Source of the DNA: Spirochaetaceae bacterium
GTDB taxonomy: Bacteria > Spirochaetota > Spirochaetia > DSM-2461
NCBI GenBank assembly: GCA_051531975.1
Contig: JAOPTT010000002.1
Span: forward strand, 281,968-345,967
Direction of reading: 5' to 3'
DNA length: 64,000 bases
The position numbers and the translations under genes are program-made. The notes below the pieces were generated by a model, which did no database searches, was not told where the DNA came from, and saw only the letters and a list, made by a program, of their open reading frames with translations. Below, one piece after another: positions 37,318-47,818 of this stretch. Within the stretch, counting starts at the first letter, position 1; the number at the start of each line of letters is the position of its first letter.

Positions 37318-38246
37318 AACTTCTCCTGTTTAAAATAGTACCCCTGATTGGTTCCTCTAGTATATAGTATATCTCTTACCTTATTATATACAATTGATTT
37401 ATCTAAAAAATATCCAGGGACTAAGTGCCTACTGCCAGGAGTATCTGTATTAACTCTCATTACAACAGTTTTTGGCGATAGTTGTTCTATCGCATCAGCT
37501 ACATATTCAGAATGTCTACTACTAGATGGGAATGACAGTTCTCCTCTTAGATATTCATCATACATTTTAGTTCCGGTTGGGATATGTAAATTATGAAATT
37601 TAATCCCATCGGGCTCTAGTTTAGCAACTTTTATTACACTATCTAATATTTCAGAATAGTCCTCTTCAGGCAGTCCAAAAATCAGATGTACAGCAATTTT
37701 TATATTAAATTTCTTTAACATGTTATATGATTCTAAAAAATCAGAATATGTATGACCTCTATTTATACGTTCTAAAGTATTGTCATTGCATGTTTGAATC
37801 CCAAGCTCAATCCACACATCAAAACCATCGTTTACATAACTTTGTAATAGTTCACAAATCTCAAGGGTTATACAATCAGGTCTTGTTGATATAACAAGCT
37901 CTTTAAAGTTCCCTAAGGATAGACCATAGTCATAAATACTTTTCAATTTAGATACATCCAAATATGTATTTGAATAAGCTTGGAAATAGAGTATAAAATC
38001 TTCTGCATCATACCGTTTTTTTAAAAAAGAGATACTTTTATTTACTTGATCTTTAATTAAAGTTTCACTATCCCCAAGGTAAGCACTTCGTGCCCCAAAA
38101 CTTCCACAGAATGTACAACCATGATCATTACGCCCCTGGACTCTATTAGGACATGAAAAACCACCATCAACACCAACACGATAGACAACTTTGTTATATC
38201 TGTTTTTTAAATAATCGCTATAAGTTAAGAACAGTGCTTTTTCCAT
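37314..38246 (-). CDS. Radical SAM protein, TIGR01212/YhcC family
   Basis: DGGFSCPNR...GCTFC extended Cys motif, YFQAYSNTY, STRPDC, ELGIQT, INRGH, HLIFGLP, GIKFHNLH. Confidence 0.9.
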   Translation of the reverse strand: MEKALFLTYSDYLKNRYNKVVYRVGVDGGFSCPNRVQGRNDHGCTFCGSFGARSAYLGDSETLIKDQVNKSISFLKKRYDAEDFILYFQAYSNTYLDVSKLKSIYDYGLSLGNFKELVISTRPDCITLEICELLQSYVNDGFDVWIELGIQTCNDNTLERINRGHTYSDFLESYNMLKKFNIKIAVHLIFGLPEEDYSEILDSVIKVAKLEPDGIKFHNLHIPTGTKMYDEYLRGELSFPSSSRHSEYVADAIEQLSPKTVVMRVNTDTPGSRHLVPGYFLDKSIVYNKVRDILYTRGTNQGYYFKQEKL

Positions 38247-38286
38247 GTTTTATTATTTCATATCTAAGATATAAAGAACAACCCAA

Positions 38287-38315
38287 TTGACATCTAACAG
38301 AGTGTTATCTAATAT
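38287..38315 (+). promoter_or_regulatory. Promoter abutting start codon (leaderless candidate)
   Basis: TTGACA-17bp-TAATAT, 6 nt before ATG 38322, no SD. Confidence 0.65.
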
Positions 38316-38321
38316 AATTTC

Positions 38322-39473
38322 ATGAAACAACTTTTTACACTCACTCTGTTATTATTATTACTATCATGTAATAAAGAAAAATTGACAATATTAACCCTAA
38401 ATACAAATCTCCCTGAGGTTGTACCATTTATCGAAGAGTTCAATAGACAAAATAGAAATATAAAGATTTTATTAGAGTCTACTCTAGATAGTGAAAAACA
38501 AGGTGATCTTGTTATATTTAAAGGAGATAAAAGTGGTAGTCCATATAAAACCTTAAATATTCAACACATGTTAAATAAGCAGATAAATTCTAATCTATTT
38601 TATGTAGATCTATTGGAATCTACAATGAACTCAGATGGTAGTATTGACCTACTTCCTCTTACTTTTGACGTTTCAGGTCTAATTTATAATAAAATAAATT
38701 TCCAACATGAAAGGTCCATAAAAGTAGAAAACTTTATTGATGATCATAATTTAAAATTTTCACCTTACTGGGATACAAGATTTATAATTTGGTATTATTT
38801 AGCGAACTTACCAAACTTTGATTCCCAAAACAGTTATTTTGATAATCAAATATTCAAAAATACAATTCTGAAAACAAATAATTTTTTGAGCGAAAGAACA
38901 GATGACTGGAATGAAGACATATTTAACAATAAATATCTCCACTTATCTCCAGAACTGCTGCTTAATACTTCAAAAATTGATTATTACTACCTCACCTTTT
39001 GTGAATATATAAAATTAAATACAACTGAATCAAATATAATGTTTTCATTTCTAAGCACTAACGATTTAATTCTTACGAATGACTTTTTGACATATATTGG
39101 TATAACAAAGCAGAGCAAAAACAAAAAGAAAGCTGAGGATGTATTAACTTGGATGTTTAATGAAAAAAACCAAGAAAATTTTATTAAAGCAAATTCAAAT
39201 AGATCAGCTACAACGAATCTTTTAAATGGAGAACTTTCCACTCTTAAAAATATAACTATAAACATACTACCCAAATACTACCCGGGATTAAAAAAACTAA
39301 TTCCACAAATTGATATTTTTACCGTTCCTAAAAATTTACCACCACTATGGAATAGCTTAAAAGATGAAGTATTTATCCCTTTATTAAAAGAAAGTAAATC
39401 TAAACTAAACATGAATTGGCAAAAGAAATATGATGATTTGTATGAAGAATGGTCAAAAAAGCATAATAAGTAA
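38322..39473 (+). CDS. Lipoprotein, divergent solute-binding-protein-like fold
   Basis: Lipobox LLLSC; IEEFNRQNRNIKI, LLPLTFD..LIYNK, IGITKQSKNKKKAEDVLTWM resemble SBP family 1 motifs; upstream of sugar ABC ATPase. Confidence 0.55.
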   Translation: MKQLFTLTLLLLLLSCNKEKLTILTLNTNLPEVVPFIEEFNRQNRNIKILLESTLDSEKQGDLVIFKGDKSGSPYKTLNIQHMLNKQINSNLFYVDLLESTMNSDGSIDLLPLTFDVSGLIYNKINFQHERSIKVENFIDDHNLKFSPYWDTRFIIWYYLANLPNFDSQNSYFDNQIFKNTILKTNNFLSERTDDWNEDIFNNKYLHLSPELLLNTSKIDYYYLTFCEYIKLNTTESNIMFSFLSTNDLILTNDFLTYIGITKQSKNKKKAEDVLTWMFNEKNQENFIKANSNRSATTNLLNGELSTLKNITINILPKYYPGLKKLIPQIDIFTVPKNLPPLWNSLKDEVFIPLLKESKSKLNMNWQKKYDDLYEEWSKKHNK

Positions 39474-39482
39474 CATTTTTAT

Positions 39483-39511
39483 TTGACAAGTCATGATAGT
39501 CATAATATATT
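39483..39511 (+). promoter_or_regulatory. sigma70-type promoter of ABC ATPase
   Basis: TTGACA-17bp-TATATT. Confidence 0.6.
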
Positions 39512-39549
39512 AACTTCATAAAATAAAATAATCCTGAAGGGGTGGTCGA

Positions 39550-40653
39550 ATGGCTGAAGTAAAATTAAAAGACATCGTTAAAGTATATGACGGTGGAGTA
39601 AAGGCAGTTGATAACGTAAATATCGACATAAAAGATGAAGAGTTTGTAGTATTAGTTGGACCTTCTGGTTGTGGTAAATCTACTACACTAAGAATGGTTG
39701 CTGGTTTAGAGGACATTACTGACGGTGAGTTAACAATCGATGGTAAAAGAATGAACGAGGAAGCACCTAAAGATAGAGATATCGCAATGGTTTTCCAAAA
39801 CTACGCATTATACCCACATATGAGTGTTAGAGATAACATGGCATTTGGTTTAAAAATCAGAAAGTATGCTAAAGAAGAGATTGAATCTCGTGTTTCTGAA
39901 GCAGCTGGAATACTTGAAATTGAAGAGCTATTAGAAAGAAAGCCAAAAGCTTTATCTGGTGGACAGAGACAAAGAGTTGCAGTAGGTAGAGCAATTGTAA
40001 GAAAACCTAAAGTATTCTTATTCGATGAGCCTTTATCAAACTTAGATGCTAAATTAAGAGTTCAGATGAGAACTGAGATTTCAGCACTTCATACAAGATT
40101 ACAAGCTACAATGATCTATGTAACACATGACCAGGTAGAAGCTATGACAATGGGTGATAAAATTGTTGTAATGAAAGGTGGAGTTATCCAGCAAATTGGT
40201 AATCCATTATCATTATATAATGAGCCAATAAACCAATTTGTTGCTTCATTTATCGGTTCTCCAGCAATGAATACTGTTTCTGCTAAAGTAAGAGAAGAAA
40301 ATGGTAAAATAATTGTTGATGAGGGTGGATTTGTTATTACAGTTCCTGCTGATAAAGAAGAAGTTATGAAAACATATGTTGGTAAAGATATTCTTATGGG
40401 AATTAGACCAGAAGATGTTGAAGTTAACGAAAAAGCTACTTCTGATGCATACATTAAAGGTACAATTGAAGTTGTTGAACCATTAGGTGATGAGACAATT
40501 TTATATATCAGTACTGCTGATCACCAAATTGTTTGTAAAGTTGAGCCAACAGCTATTTGTAAAGTTGGAGACGAGTTAACATTAACTCCAAACGTTGATA
40601 AGATTAAGTTCTTCGATGTTGAAACTGAAAAATCAATATTCTATAAAGGTTAA
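39550..40653 (+). CDS. Multiple-sugar ABC transporter ATP-binding protein (MsmX/MalK/UgpC family)
   Basis: GPSGCGKST, MVFQNYALYPH, LSGGQRQR, DEPLSNLDAKLR, YVTHDQVEAMT, TOBE domain. Confidence 0.95.
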   Translation: MAEVKLKDIVKVYDGGVKAVDNVNIDIKDEEFVVLVGPSGCGKSTTLRMVAGLEDITDGELTIDGKRMNEEAPKDRDIAMVFQNYALYPHMSVRDNMAFGLKIRKYAKEEIESRVSEAAGILEIEELLERKPKALSGGQRQRVAVGRAIVRKPKVFLFDEPLSNLDAKLRVQMRTEISALHTRLQATMIYVTHDQVEAMTMGDKIVVMKGGVIQQIGNPLSLYNEPINQFVASFIGSPAMNTVSAKVREENGKIIVDEGGFVITVPADKEEVMKTYVGKDILMGIRPEDVEVNEKATSDAYIKGTIEVVEPLGDETILYISTADHQIVCKVEPTAICKVGDELTLTPNVDKIKFFDVETEKSIFYKG

Positions 40654-40675
40654 TCAGCACAATTATATTAAATCC

Positions 40676-40705
40676 AAGCCGACTTTTTTAAGTCGGCTTT
40701 TTTTT
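40676..40705 (+). terminator. Rho-independent terminator
   Basis: aagccgactt-ttt-aagtcggctt followed by T-run. Confidence 0.85.
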
Positions 40706-40764
40706 AGTCGATTGATTTCGCAACAGAATCGTGATATTATATATCATCAATTAATGGAGCAATT

Positions 40765-42285
40765 ATGACTAAAATAAAATGGCTATTTACAATTTTAATA
40801 ATATTTATAGTATCATGTGCATCTACACCTGATGAAACAGTCGAAGAACCTACAACAGATCAAGTAGATCAGACTGTAGTGGAACCAACAGAAGTGGTTA
40901 CTGAAAGTACAGAAACTATTGAAGTTGAACCAGAACCTATTGTAATTGAAGAAGAACCAATTATTATAGAAGAACCGATCGTAATAGAACCTGTAATAGA
41001 AGATATTCCAGAACCATTAGATGAAACTCTTTTAAAAGATGCTAAAAAAGATATTTTTAAAGCACAAGAAGCTAAGGCTCAAACCTATTTTCCATCAAGA
41101 TTGAATGATTTAAAAAATAAATTAGCTGAAGCAAATGCTTTAAAAGATAGCGACCCTGATAAAGCTAGGTTATTATTAGCTGAAATATCAGTAGAAGCAA
41201 AAAAGTTAACACAAGACTCATTAGATGCTTTAAAACATGCATGTATTGAAGTAATAGATTATAAAACAACTAGTTTATTAAAACTTAAAGCCGATAAATA
41301 TACACCAGAAGAATTTATGTTAACACAAGAACAAGCAAAACAAGCAAAAGATGCTTTTGATGCTAACCTCTTTACTGAATCTTTAGCACTTTATAGAATT
41401 TCATATACATCTTTAACAAATCTTTATAACTCATTATCAAAGAATCTAGGGTATTTAGAAAATTTATTGAGACTAATAAATAACTACAAAACTGAAGGCG
41501 AAGCAATTAGTGCAGAAATGTGGGCTCCAAACGAGTACAAACTAGCAGTAGAAAGTTATAAAAAATCCTCTAAGTTATTTTATCAAGATTATGATGCAAT
41601 CGCTGGTGAAGCATCATTAAGAGAGACACACTTTTTAGCTAGAAAAGCTGTAGAACAGGCTAAAATAAATATTGAAGTTGCTAAAACAGACCAGGAGATA
41701 TTAGAATTAATGGCCGAGCTAGAATCAGCATCATCACTAACGATTTTAGACGCGGATGATAATATTATCTCTCCAGAGGAATGGGAAGGAACTGCTGATT
41801 TTATTGAGTCACCAATTGAAGCGGAAGTTGAAAAAGATGAAGAGTCTGGTTTAGAACCTGTTGATTTAGATAAAGATGTGAAAGTAGAATATCCAGAAAT
41901 ATCACAAGCAATAATAAAAATCATACCAAATACTACAAAAGTTCTTGGTGTATTTGATGCAAGAAAATCTATGTTAGCTGAAGCCAAAGAGTTTTGGGCA
42001 TTAGGAATTGAGGCTAGAAACAACGGAGATTTAATTGCAGCGAAACAGTATCTTGCTAAGTCTAAAGTTTACTTAGAAGAGTACAAATCCATGGCAGTAG
42101 ATTACATATATACCGTAATACTGAATCCAGAATTAAGAGATTGTTTATGGAGAATCTCTGAAAAAGATGACTTTTACGGAGATCCATTTTTATGGCAAAA
42201 TATATGGGAAAGGAATAAAAAACTAATACAAGATCCAGACTTAATATACCCTGGCTGGAAACTTATAATTCCCCCATTAGATTAA
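40765..42285 (+). CDS. Lipoprotein with helical repeats and C-terminal LysM domain
   Basis: Lipobox IVSC, acidic E/P/I linker, C-terminal YTV...RDCLWRISE...YGDPFLWQNIWERN...PDLIYPGWKLIIP. Confidence 0.8.
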   Translation: MTKIKWLFTILIIFIVSCASTPDETVEEPTTDQVDQTVVEPTEVVTESTETIEVEPEPIVIEEEPIIIEEPIVIEPVIEDIPEPLDETLLKDAKKDIFKAQEAKAQTYFPSRLNDLKNKLAEANALKDSDPDKARLLLAEISVEAKKLTQDSLDALKHACIEVIDYKTTSLLKLKADKYTPEEFMLTQEQAKQAKDAFDANLFTESLALYRISYTSLTNLYNSLSKNLGYLENLLRLINNYKTEGEAISAEMWAPNEYKLAVESYKKSSKLFYQDYDAIAGEASLRETHFLARKAVEQAKINIEVAKTDQEILELMAELESASSLTILDADDNIISPEEWEGTADFIESPIEAEVEKDEESGLEPVDLDKDVKVEYPEISQAIIKIIPNTTKVLGVFDARKSMLAEAKEFWALGIEARNNGDLIAAKQYLAKSKVYLEEYKSMAVDYIYTVILNPELRDCLWRISEKDDFYGDPFLWQNIWERNKKLIQDPDLIYPGWKLIIPPLD

Positions 42286-42317
42286 AATAAACTTAATAGA
42301 ACAAACGGAGATAAAAT

Positions 42318-43628
42318 ATGATCGCATTAGTTGGCTGTGGAACAGTAGGTGGTGGTACAGCACTTTTACTTACAAGAGACTTTGATTTTTTAAAAAATAA
42401 AACAGGATTAAACCTAGGATTAAAGTATGTTGTTGATATAAATTTTGAACATGCAAAATCTATTGGAATACCTCCTGAGCTTTATGAGACAAACTACCAG
42501 AAGGTCTTAGATGATCCTGAAGTAACTATAGTTATAGAACTTGTTGGTGGCTTAACATTTGCAAAAGATGTTGTAACTAAAGCCTTAGGAGCTGGTAAGA
42601 ATGTTGTCACTGCAAATAAAGCACTTTTGGCTACATTTGGTGAAGAGTTATTTGCATTAGCTAGAAAAAATGATGTATGTATAGGTTTTGAAGCCAGTTG
42701 TGCAGGTGGAATTCCAATAGTTAAATCAATAACAGAAGGCATGGCTGTAAATAAAGTTGATGCTATTTATGGTATTGTTAATGGAACATGTAACTATATT
42801 TTAACTCAGATGATGGATAAAGATAAAAGTTATAAATCAGCACTTAAGGGAGCACAAGCTGCCGGTTTAGCAGAAGCTGATCCAACATTAGATGTTAATG
42901 GTATGGATTCTGCGCATAAAATATCAATAATGGCTTCTTTAGCATTTGGATATAACTGTAAGTTAGAAAATGTTTCAGCTACTGGAATAGAAGATATAGA
43001 TATTTACGATGTAAAACTAGGAAATGACATGGGTTACACCATAAAATTACTTGCTATTGGAGAAACTTCTGGCGATAAAGTTAGCCTTAGGGTTCAACCA
43101 GCATTTATTAGTAATGAACATCCTTTAGCACGAATATCTGGTCCATTTAATGGTGTTAGTTTATATGGTCACGCAGTTGGACATACAATGTATTATGGTC
43201 GTGGTGCAGGTGATCTTCCTACAGCTAGTGCTATTGGTGCAGATATAATTGGTGTAGCGCAAGGAACACAAAAAATAACTTTTGATAACTATAAATTTTG
43301 GCCAGATATAACAGAAGAACCTAGTTATTTAGACCCTTCAGAAGTTGAATCTGAATTTTATCTTAGATTAAATGTTGCCGATCATATTGGTGTGACTGCA
43401 ATTGTTACTACAATACTTGCAAAGAATTCTATTAGTATTTCTGCTATTTCTCAGAAAGCTCCAAAAGATGATGAAACACACCAGAGTATACCACTTGTAA
43501 TTCTTTTACACACAACTAAAAAAGGTCAACTAGATAATGCTATTAAAGAACTTAGAAAAGAAACTGAAATATCTAAAAATATTGTCGCTATTCCTGTAAT
43601 AGCAGAAAAGAAAGAAACTATCAAATAA
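42318..43628 (+). CDS. hom: Homoserine dehydrogenase with C-terminal ACT domain
   Basis: GCGTVG, VVTANKA, FEASCAGGIP, GIVNGTCNYIL, AEADPTLDV, YGRGAG..PTASA. Confidence 0.94.
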   Translation: MIALVGCGTVGGGTALLLTRDFDFLKNKTGLNLGLKYVVDINFEHAKSIGIPPELYETNYQKVLDDPEVTIVIELVGGLTFAKDVVTKALGAGKNVVTANKALLATFGEELFALARKNDVCIGFEASCAGGIPIVKSITEGMAVNKVDAIYGIVNGTCNYILTQMMDKDKSYKSALKGAQAAGLAEADPTLDVNGMDSAHKISIMASLAFGYNCKLENVSATGIEDIDIYDVKLGNDMGYTIKLLAIGETSGDKVSLRVQPAFISNEHPLARISGPFNGVSLYGHAVGHTMYYGRGAGDLPTASAIGADIIGVAQGTQKITFDNYKFWPDITEEPSYLDPSEVESEFYLRLNVADHIGVTAIVTTILAKNSISISAISQKAPKDDETHQSIPLVILLHTTKKGQLDNAIKELRKETEISKNIVAIPVIAEKKETIK

Positions 43629-43630
43629 TA

Positions 43631-43661
43631 TAAATGTCCGGAACCCGTTTTCGGACATTTA
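43631..43661 (+). terminator. Hairpin/terminator after hom
   Basis: taaatgtccg / cggacattta inverted repeat. Confidence 0.65.
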
Positions 43662-43748
43662 ACTCTATTTTTTAAACCAAAAAATATAAAAACTTGACAT
43701 TAATCTCCCTCTAATTACAATTGTAGTAATGGAAAAGGAGTGAAAACG

Positions 43749-46184
43749 ATGAAATTTAACAAAGATGAATTTAAATTAAATGTAATTAATCGTCTAGATA
43801 ACGATTATGGTCGTACTATTAAAACTGCTACAAACGAAGAAATATATTACTCAGTATCAAGGGCTGCACTAAGTTCAATTTGGAAACAATGGTCTGATAG
43901 AAATAGAGATGTATACAATAAGGATACGAAACAAGCTTACTACTTTTCGGCTGAATTTTTAATGGGTCGAGCTATGAGTAACAATCTTGTAAATTTAGAA
44001 ATGCTCGATGGTGTAAAAGAGGTTTTAAAAGATTTAGATGTTAACTTTAATATAATTGAAGAGACAGAATCAGATGCTGGATTAGGGAATGGTGGTCTTG
44101 GTAGACTCGCTGCATGCTTTTTAGACTCATTAGCAACACTTGGCCTACACGGTCATGGGTACGGTATTAGATATAAATATGGGATGTTTAAACAACATAT
44201 AGAAAACGGTTATCAGATGGAATATCCAGATAACTGGCTACATTATCAGGATCCTTGGTCTGTAAAAAGAGAAGCAGATGCTGTTGAAGTTAACTTTTAT
44301 GGAAATGTTGAAACAGTAACAGATGATGATGGAAGAGTTCATTTTAAAACCATGAATACTGAGAGAGTAACAGCGATCCCTTATGATATGCCTATTATTG
44401 GATATGGAAACGGTGTTGTTAATACGTTAAGACTTTGGGAAGCTCATAGTCCTGATGGGTTTGATTTACAATTTTTTAATAAAGAGATGTACACAGAATC
44501 TGTTGAGAAAAAAAATAGAGCTGAGGATATATCTAGAGTTTTATATCCAAGTGACTTAGGTCACAGCGGTAAAACATTGAGACTAAGACAACAGTATTTT
44601 TTCTCATCTGCATCGTTAAAAGATATAATTAGAAAATACAAAGTTACATATGGTACCGATTTTTCACATTTTAATGAAAAGAATGCTATACAGTTAAATG
44701 ATACTCATCCTGTAGTTGCAATACCTGAATTGATGCGAATATTAATTGATGAAGAAGGATTAACCTGGGATACAGCTTGGCAGATATGTTGCAAAACATT
44801 TGCCTATACAAACCATACAATTTTAGCTGAAGCACTAGAAAAATGGCCTATTGAAATTATGAGTCATTTACTACCTAGGATCTACCAGATTATTGAAGAG
44901 ATAAATAGACGATTTATAACTTATGTTAATACTGCATACCCAGGTGATTGGGATAGAGCTCAAAGAATGTCTATAATATCTCACGGAGTTGTTAAAATGG
45001 CATGGTTAGCAATTGCAGGTGCTTTCTCTGTTAATGGTGTTGCCGCTCTTCATACAGAAATCCTTAAAAATCATGAGTTAAAAGATTGGTATGAACTATT
45101 TCCTGATAAATTTAATAACAAAACTAATGGTATCACACAAAGAAGGTGGTTATTAAAATCTAACCCAGAGCTTTCCGCATTTATTACTAAACATATTGGT
45201 AAGGGGTGGATAACAGAATTTGCACAAATGCAGAAGTTAGTACCACTAAAAGATGATAAAAGTGCACTAGATGAGCTTATGGCAATTAAAAAGATTAAAA
45301 AAGTTGAGCTAGCAAAATATATAAAAGAACACAATGATATTGATGTAGATCCAACATCTATTTATGATATCCAGATTAAACGTCTTCATGAATACAAAAG
45401 ACAACTTCTAAACATATTTCATGTTATGTATTTATATAACAAAATTAAAGCAGACCCAAGTTTTGACTTATACCCAAGAACTTTTATTTTTGGAGCGAAA
45501 GCCGCCTCTGGTTATACAAGAGCTAAACAAATAATTAAATTAATTACCAAAATGGGAGATATAATTAATAATGATACTTCCATCAATAACAAAATTAAAG
45601 TTGTCTTCATTGAAAACTACAATGTTTCTGTAGCTGAAAAGTTATTCCCTGCAGCGGATGTTTCAGAGCAAATATCTACAGCTGGAAAAGAGGCATCTGG
45701 TACTGGTAATATGAAATTTATGGTTAATGGAGCTATTACAATTGGAACTTTAGACGGCGCTAATGTTGAAATTGTAGAAGAAGCTGGAGAAGATAATGCA
45801 TTTATTTTTGGGTTAAAAGCCGATCAAGTACAAGAACTAAATATGTCCCATAGTTACAACCCAATTGCAGAATTAAACTATAATAAAGATTTAAAACTTA
45901 TCTTAGATCAGTTAACAAATGGATTTTTAGGACATGAGTGTCATAATGATTTTAAACCAATTGCAGATTCGTTACTTTATGGTGTAGATGGTGATAGACC
46001 AGACCCATACTATGTAATCAAAGATTTTTCTGAGTACTGCGTAGCTCAAGATAGAGTTTCTAGAGCATTTGTAGATACCCAAGAATGGGCAAAAATGTCA
46101 TTAATGAACATTGCAAAATCAGGTAAATTTTCTTCGGATAGAACAGTTGCACAATATGCCGAAGAAATTTGGAAGATATCATAG
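43749..46184 (+). CDS. glgP: Glycogen/starch phosphorylase
   Basis: GLGNGGLGRLAAC, LNDTHP, KTNGITQRRW, KRLHEYKRQ, EASGTGNMKF; ATG 43749 with SD aaggag; promoter TTGACA-16-TACAAT at 43694-43721. Confidence 0.96.
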   Translation: MKFNKDEFKLNVINRLDNDYGRTIKTATNEEIYYSVSRAALSSIWKQWSDRNRDVYNKDTKQAYYFSAEFLMGRAMSNNLVNLEMLDGVKEVLKDLDVNFNIIEETESDAGLGNGGLGRLAACFLDSLATLGLHGHGYGIRYKYGMFKQHIENGYQMEYPDNWLHYQDPWSVKREADAVEVNFYGNVETVTDDDGRVHFKTMNTERVTAIPYDMPIIGYGNGVVNTLRLWEAHSPDGFDLQFFNKEMYTESVEKKNRAEDISRVLYPSDLGHSGKTLRLRQQYFFSSASLKDIIRKYKVTYGTDFSHFNEKNAIQLNDTHPVVAIPELMRILIDEEGLTWDTAWQICCKTFAYTNHTILAEALEKWPIEIMSHLLPRIYQIIEEINRRFITYVNTAYPGDWDRAQRMSIISHGVVKMAWLAIAGAFSVNGVAALHTEILKNHELKDWYELFPDKFNNKTNGITQRRWLLKSNPELSAFITKHIGKGWITEFAQMQKLVPLKDDKSALDELMAIKKIKKVELAKYIKEHNDIDVDPTSIYDIQIKRLHEYKRQLLNIFHVMYLYNKIKADPSFDLYPRTFIFGAKAASGYTRAKQIIKLITKMGDIINNDTSINNKIKVVFIENYNVSVAEKLFPAADVSEQISTAGKEASGTGNMKFMVNGAITIGTLDGANVEIVEEAGEDNAFIFGLKADQVQELNMSHSYNPIAELNYNKDLKLILDQLTNGFLGHECHNDFKPIADSLLYGVDGDRPDPYYVIKDFSEYCVAQDRVSRAFVDTQEWAKMSLMNIAKSGKFSSDRTVAQYAEEIWKIS

Positions 46185-46202
46185 ATTATACAAATTAAAG
46201 TC

Positions 46203-46251
46203 AAAACCACCGTTAATGTTTATGCAACATAATATTGACGGTGGTATTTTT
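46203..46251 (+). terminator. Hairpin/terminator after glgP
   Basis: accaccgttaat ... attgacggtggt arms with downstream T-run. Confidence 0.65.
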
Positions 46252-46302
46252 GCATGGTATTCTATATTTATAAAGTAATTAATAAATGTTGGAGTTTAAA
46301 AA

Positions 46303-46584
46303 ATGAGTATCAATGAAAAAATCTATTGTGCAAATTGTATGCAGTGTAAACTTGTACCTTCTGAGACTGATAAAGGTCATGTTTTAAGAGTTCGATGTTC
46401 TGCTGGTCTTTGGAAAAAAAAGTTAGGCGAAGAAAAGTTATATAAGTACTTTACAATAGCAAGGAGAACACCTGAGTCTTGCGCCCACTATGAACCAATG
46501 GGTGATTTAAAAGACTTCTTAAAAGACTTAAAGAAAAACCTTCCAGTTCGGGATGAGGTAATAAAAATTCAAGAAGTTGGTTGA
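46303..46584 (+). CDS. Small Cys-rich hypothetical protein (possible metal-binding)
   Basis: CANCMQC...C...C; SD ggag. Confidence 0.7.
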   Translation: MSINEKIYCANCMQCKLVPSETDKGHVLRVRCSAGLWKKKLGEEKLYKYFTIARRTPESCAHYEPMGDLKDFLKDLKKNLPVRDEVIKIQEVG

Positions 46585-46598
46585 TATAAAAAAAGCAT

Positions 46599-47741
46599 CT
46601 ATTTAGATGCTTTTTTCTTTTCTTCTTCTACTTCTGTTCTCTTTTTGTCTTTTAACATAATTGGAAATATTGTTATTTTGTTATCTCTAGACATTTGATA
46701 TACCATTTCGCTGGTAATTTCACCTCTAGGTTCTGGATGTGGTGGGGCATCACCTACTTGTACAATTATTTTTGCACTATTTTTCCATTCTAAAGTTGTT
46801 TGTGCTGCATATAATGCTTCAAAAACAGCTTCTGGAATATCTCTGCCACCAACGACTTTTATTGAATTTAATATCATTTGAACTTTTTCAAAATCATCAA
46901 CAAAATCGTATTTTAAAGTTAGATATTTTTCTTTGTAATCTCTATATAATATAACACCTATTCTTACTGATTTAAAACTTTCTATTTTTTTCTGTACAAG
47001 AGGTATTAGTTTTTGTCGTATAAACTCAACATCATCTTTCATACTTATTGTAGTATCTACTACTAAAGCGAGATCAACATCTTGTCCTGTATATCTATCT
47101 AATATTTCTCCAATTTTATCGACAGCACCATCACCATCAAATTCTTCAGAATAATCACCATTTGTTTCTCTAGCTATTTCTTCAAATATATTCTCAGTAG
47201 GTTCAGGTTTAATAACTTCTTCATGAAGTCTGATTATAAATGGGTTATCTTGAAATCCTTGATCATAATCACCATATTTAATTGGGAATGTTCTTATATT
47301 AAGCCAACTACCCTCCCCCATGTCAATTTGGCCTTCTCTAGACCATGGATATCCATAAGAAACACCTCTAGGAATATATATATGAAAGGCAAAACCAAAA
47401 ACCTCATTAACCTCTACTGTTGAATCAATTAAGAAGTTATAGGAAGGATCTAATTGTATACCATTCAGAAGTCTAATTTCACCTTTAACAGTTTCATTTA
47501 TATCAAAATCCTTAAGTGCAAAAACACTCCGTTCATTTGTTGGGTCCTCTGTAGAATCTGTTAATAAAATAGATTCAATCCCATCCTTTTTCCTTACAAA
47601 AAGATGTAAGCCATCCTCTCCATCTTTAGATTCAATATACGTATCTTCTGATAAAAGAATGAGATCTGATAATCCAGTTTCATCTGAATAGATATTTATA
47701 GCAATTAATAAAATAGAAAGTAAGGTGATAATTTTTCTCAT
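46599..47741 (-). CDS. Exported von Willebrand factor A domain protein
   Basis: Signal peptide; VVDTTISM (MIDAS), YRDY, GGRDIPEAVFEAL, VGDAPPH. Confidence 0.85.
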   Translation of the reverse strand: MRKIITLLSILLIAINIYSDETGLSDLILLSEDTYIESKDGEDGLHLFVRKKDGIESILLTDSTEDPTNERSVFALKDFDINETVKGEIRLLNGIQLDPSYNFLIDSTVEVNEVFGFAFHIYIPRGVSYGYPWSREGQIDMGEGSWLNIRTFPIKYGDYDQGFQDNPFIIRLHEEVIKPEPTENIFEEIARETNGDYSEEFDGDGAVDKIGEILDRYTGQDVDLALVVDTTISMKDDVEFIRQKLIPLVQKKIESFKSVRIGVILYRDYKEKYLTLKYDFVDDFEKVQMILNSIKVVGGRDIPEAVFEALYAAQTTLEWKNSAKIIVQVGDAPPHPEPRGEITSEMVYQMSRDNKITIFPIMLKDKKRTEVEEEKKKASK

Positions 47742-47818
47742 ACTAATAATATCGGTAAAAAATATGAAAACAGGAGAATTTTTGAAAAAAAACAGTCTAT
47801 ATATATTATGAGGTATTT

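Noticed and set aside
37314..38246. Radical SAM gene as the AmmeMemoRadiSam partner or a RiPP maturase
   Set aside because: Motifs match the TIGR01212/YhcC family; it lies 14 kb from MEMO1 and has no precursor peptide or SPASM domain
40860..41020. EEPI(V/I)I low-complexity repeats in the LysM lipoprotein
   Set aside because: Ordinary disordered lipoprotein tether; short and degenerate
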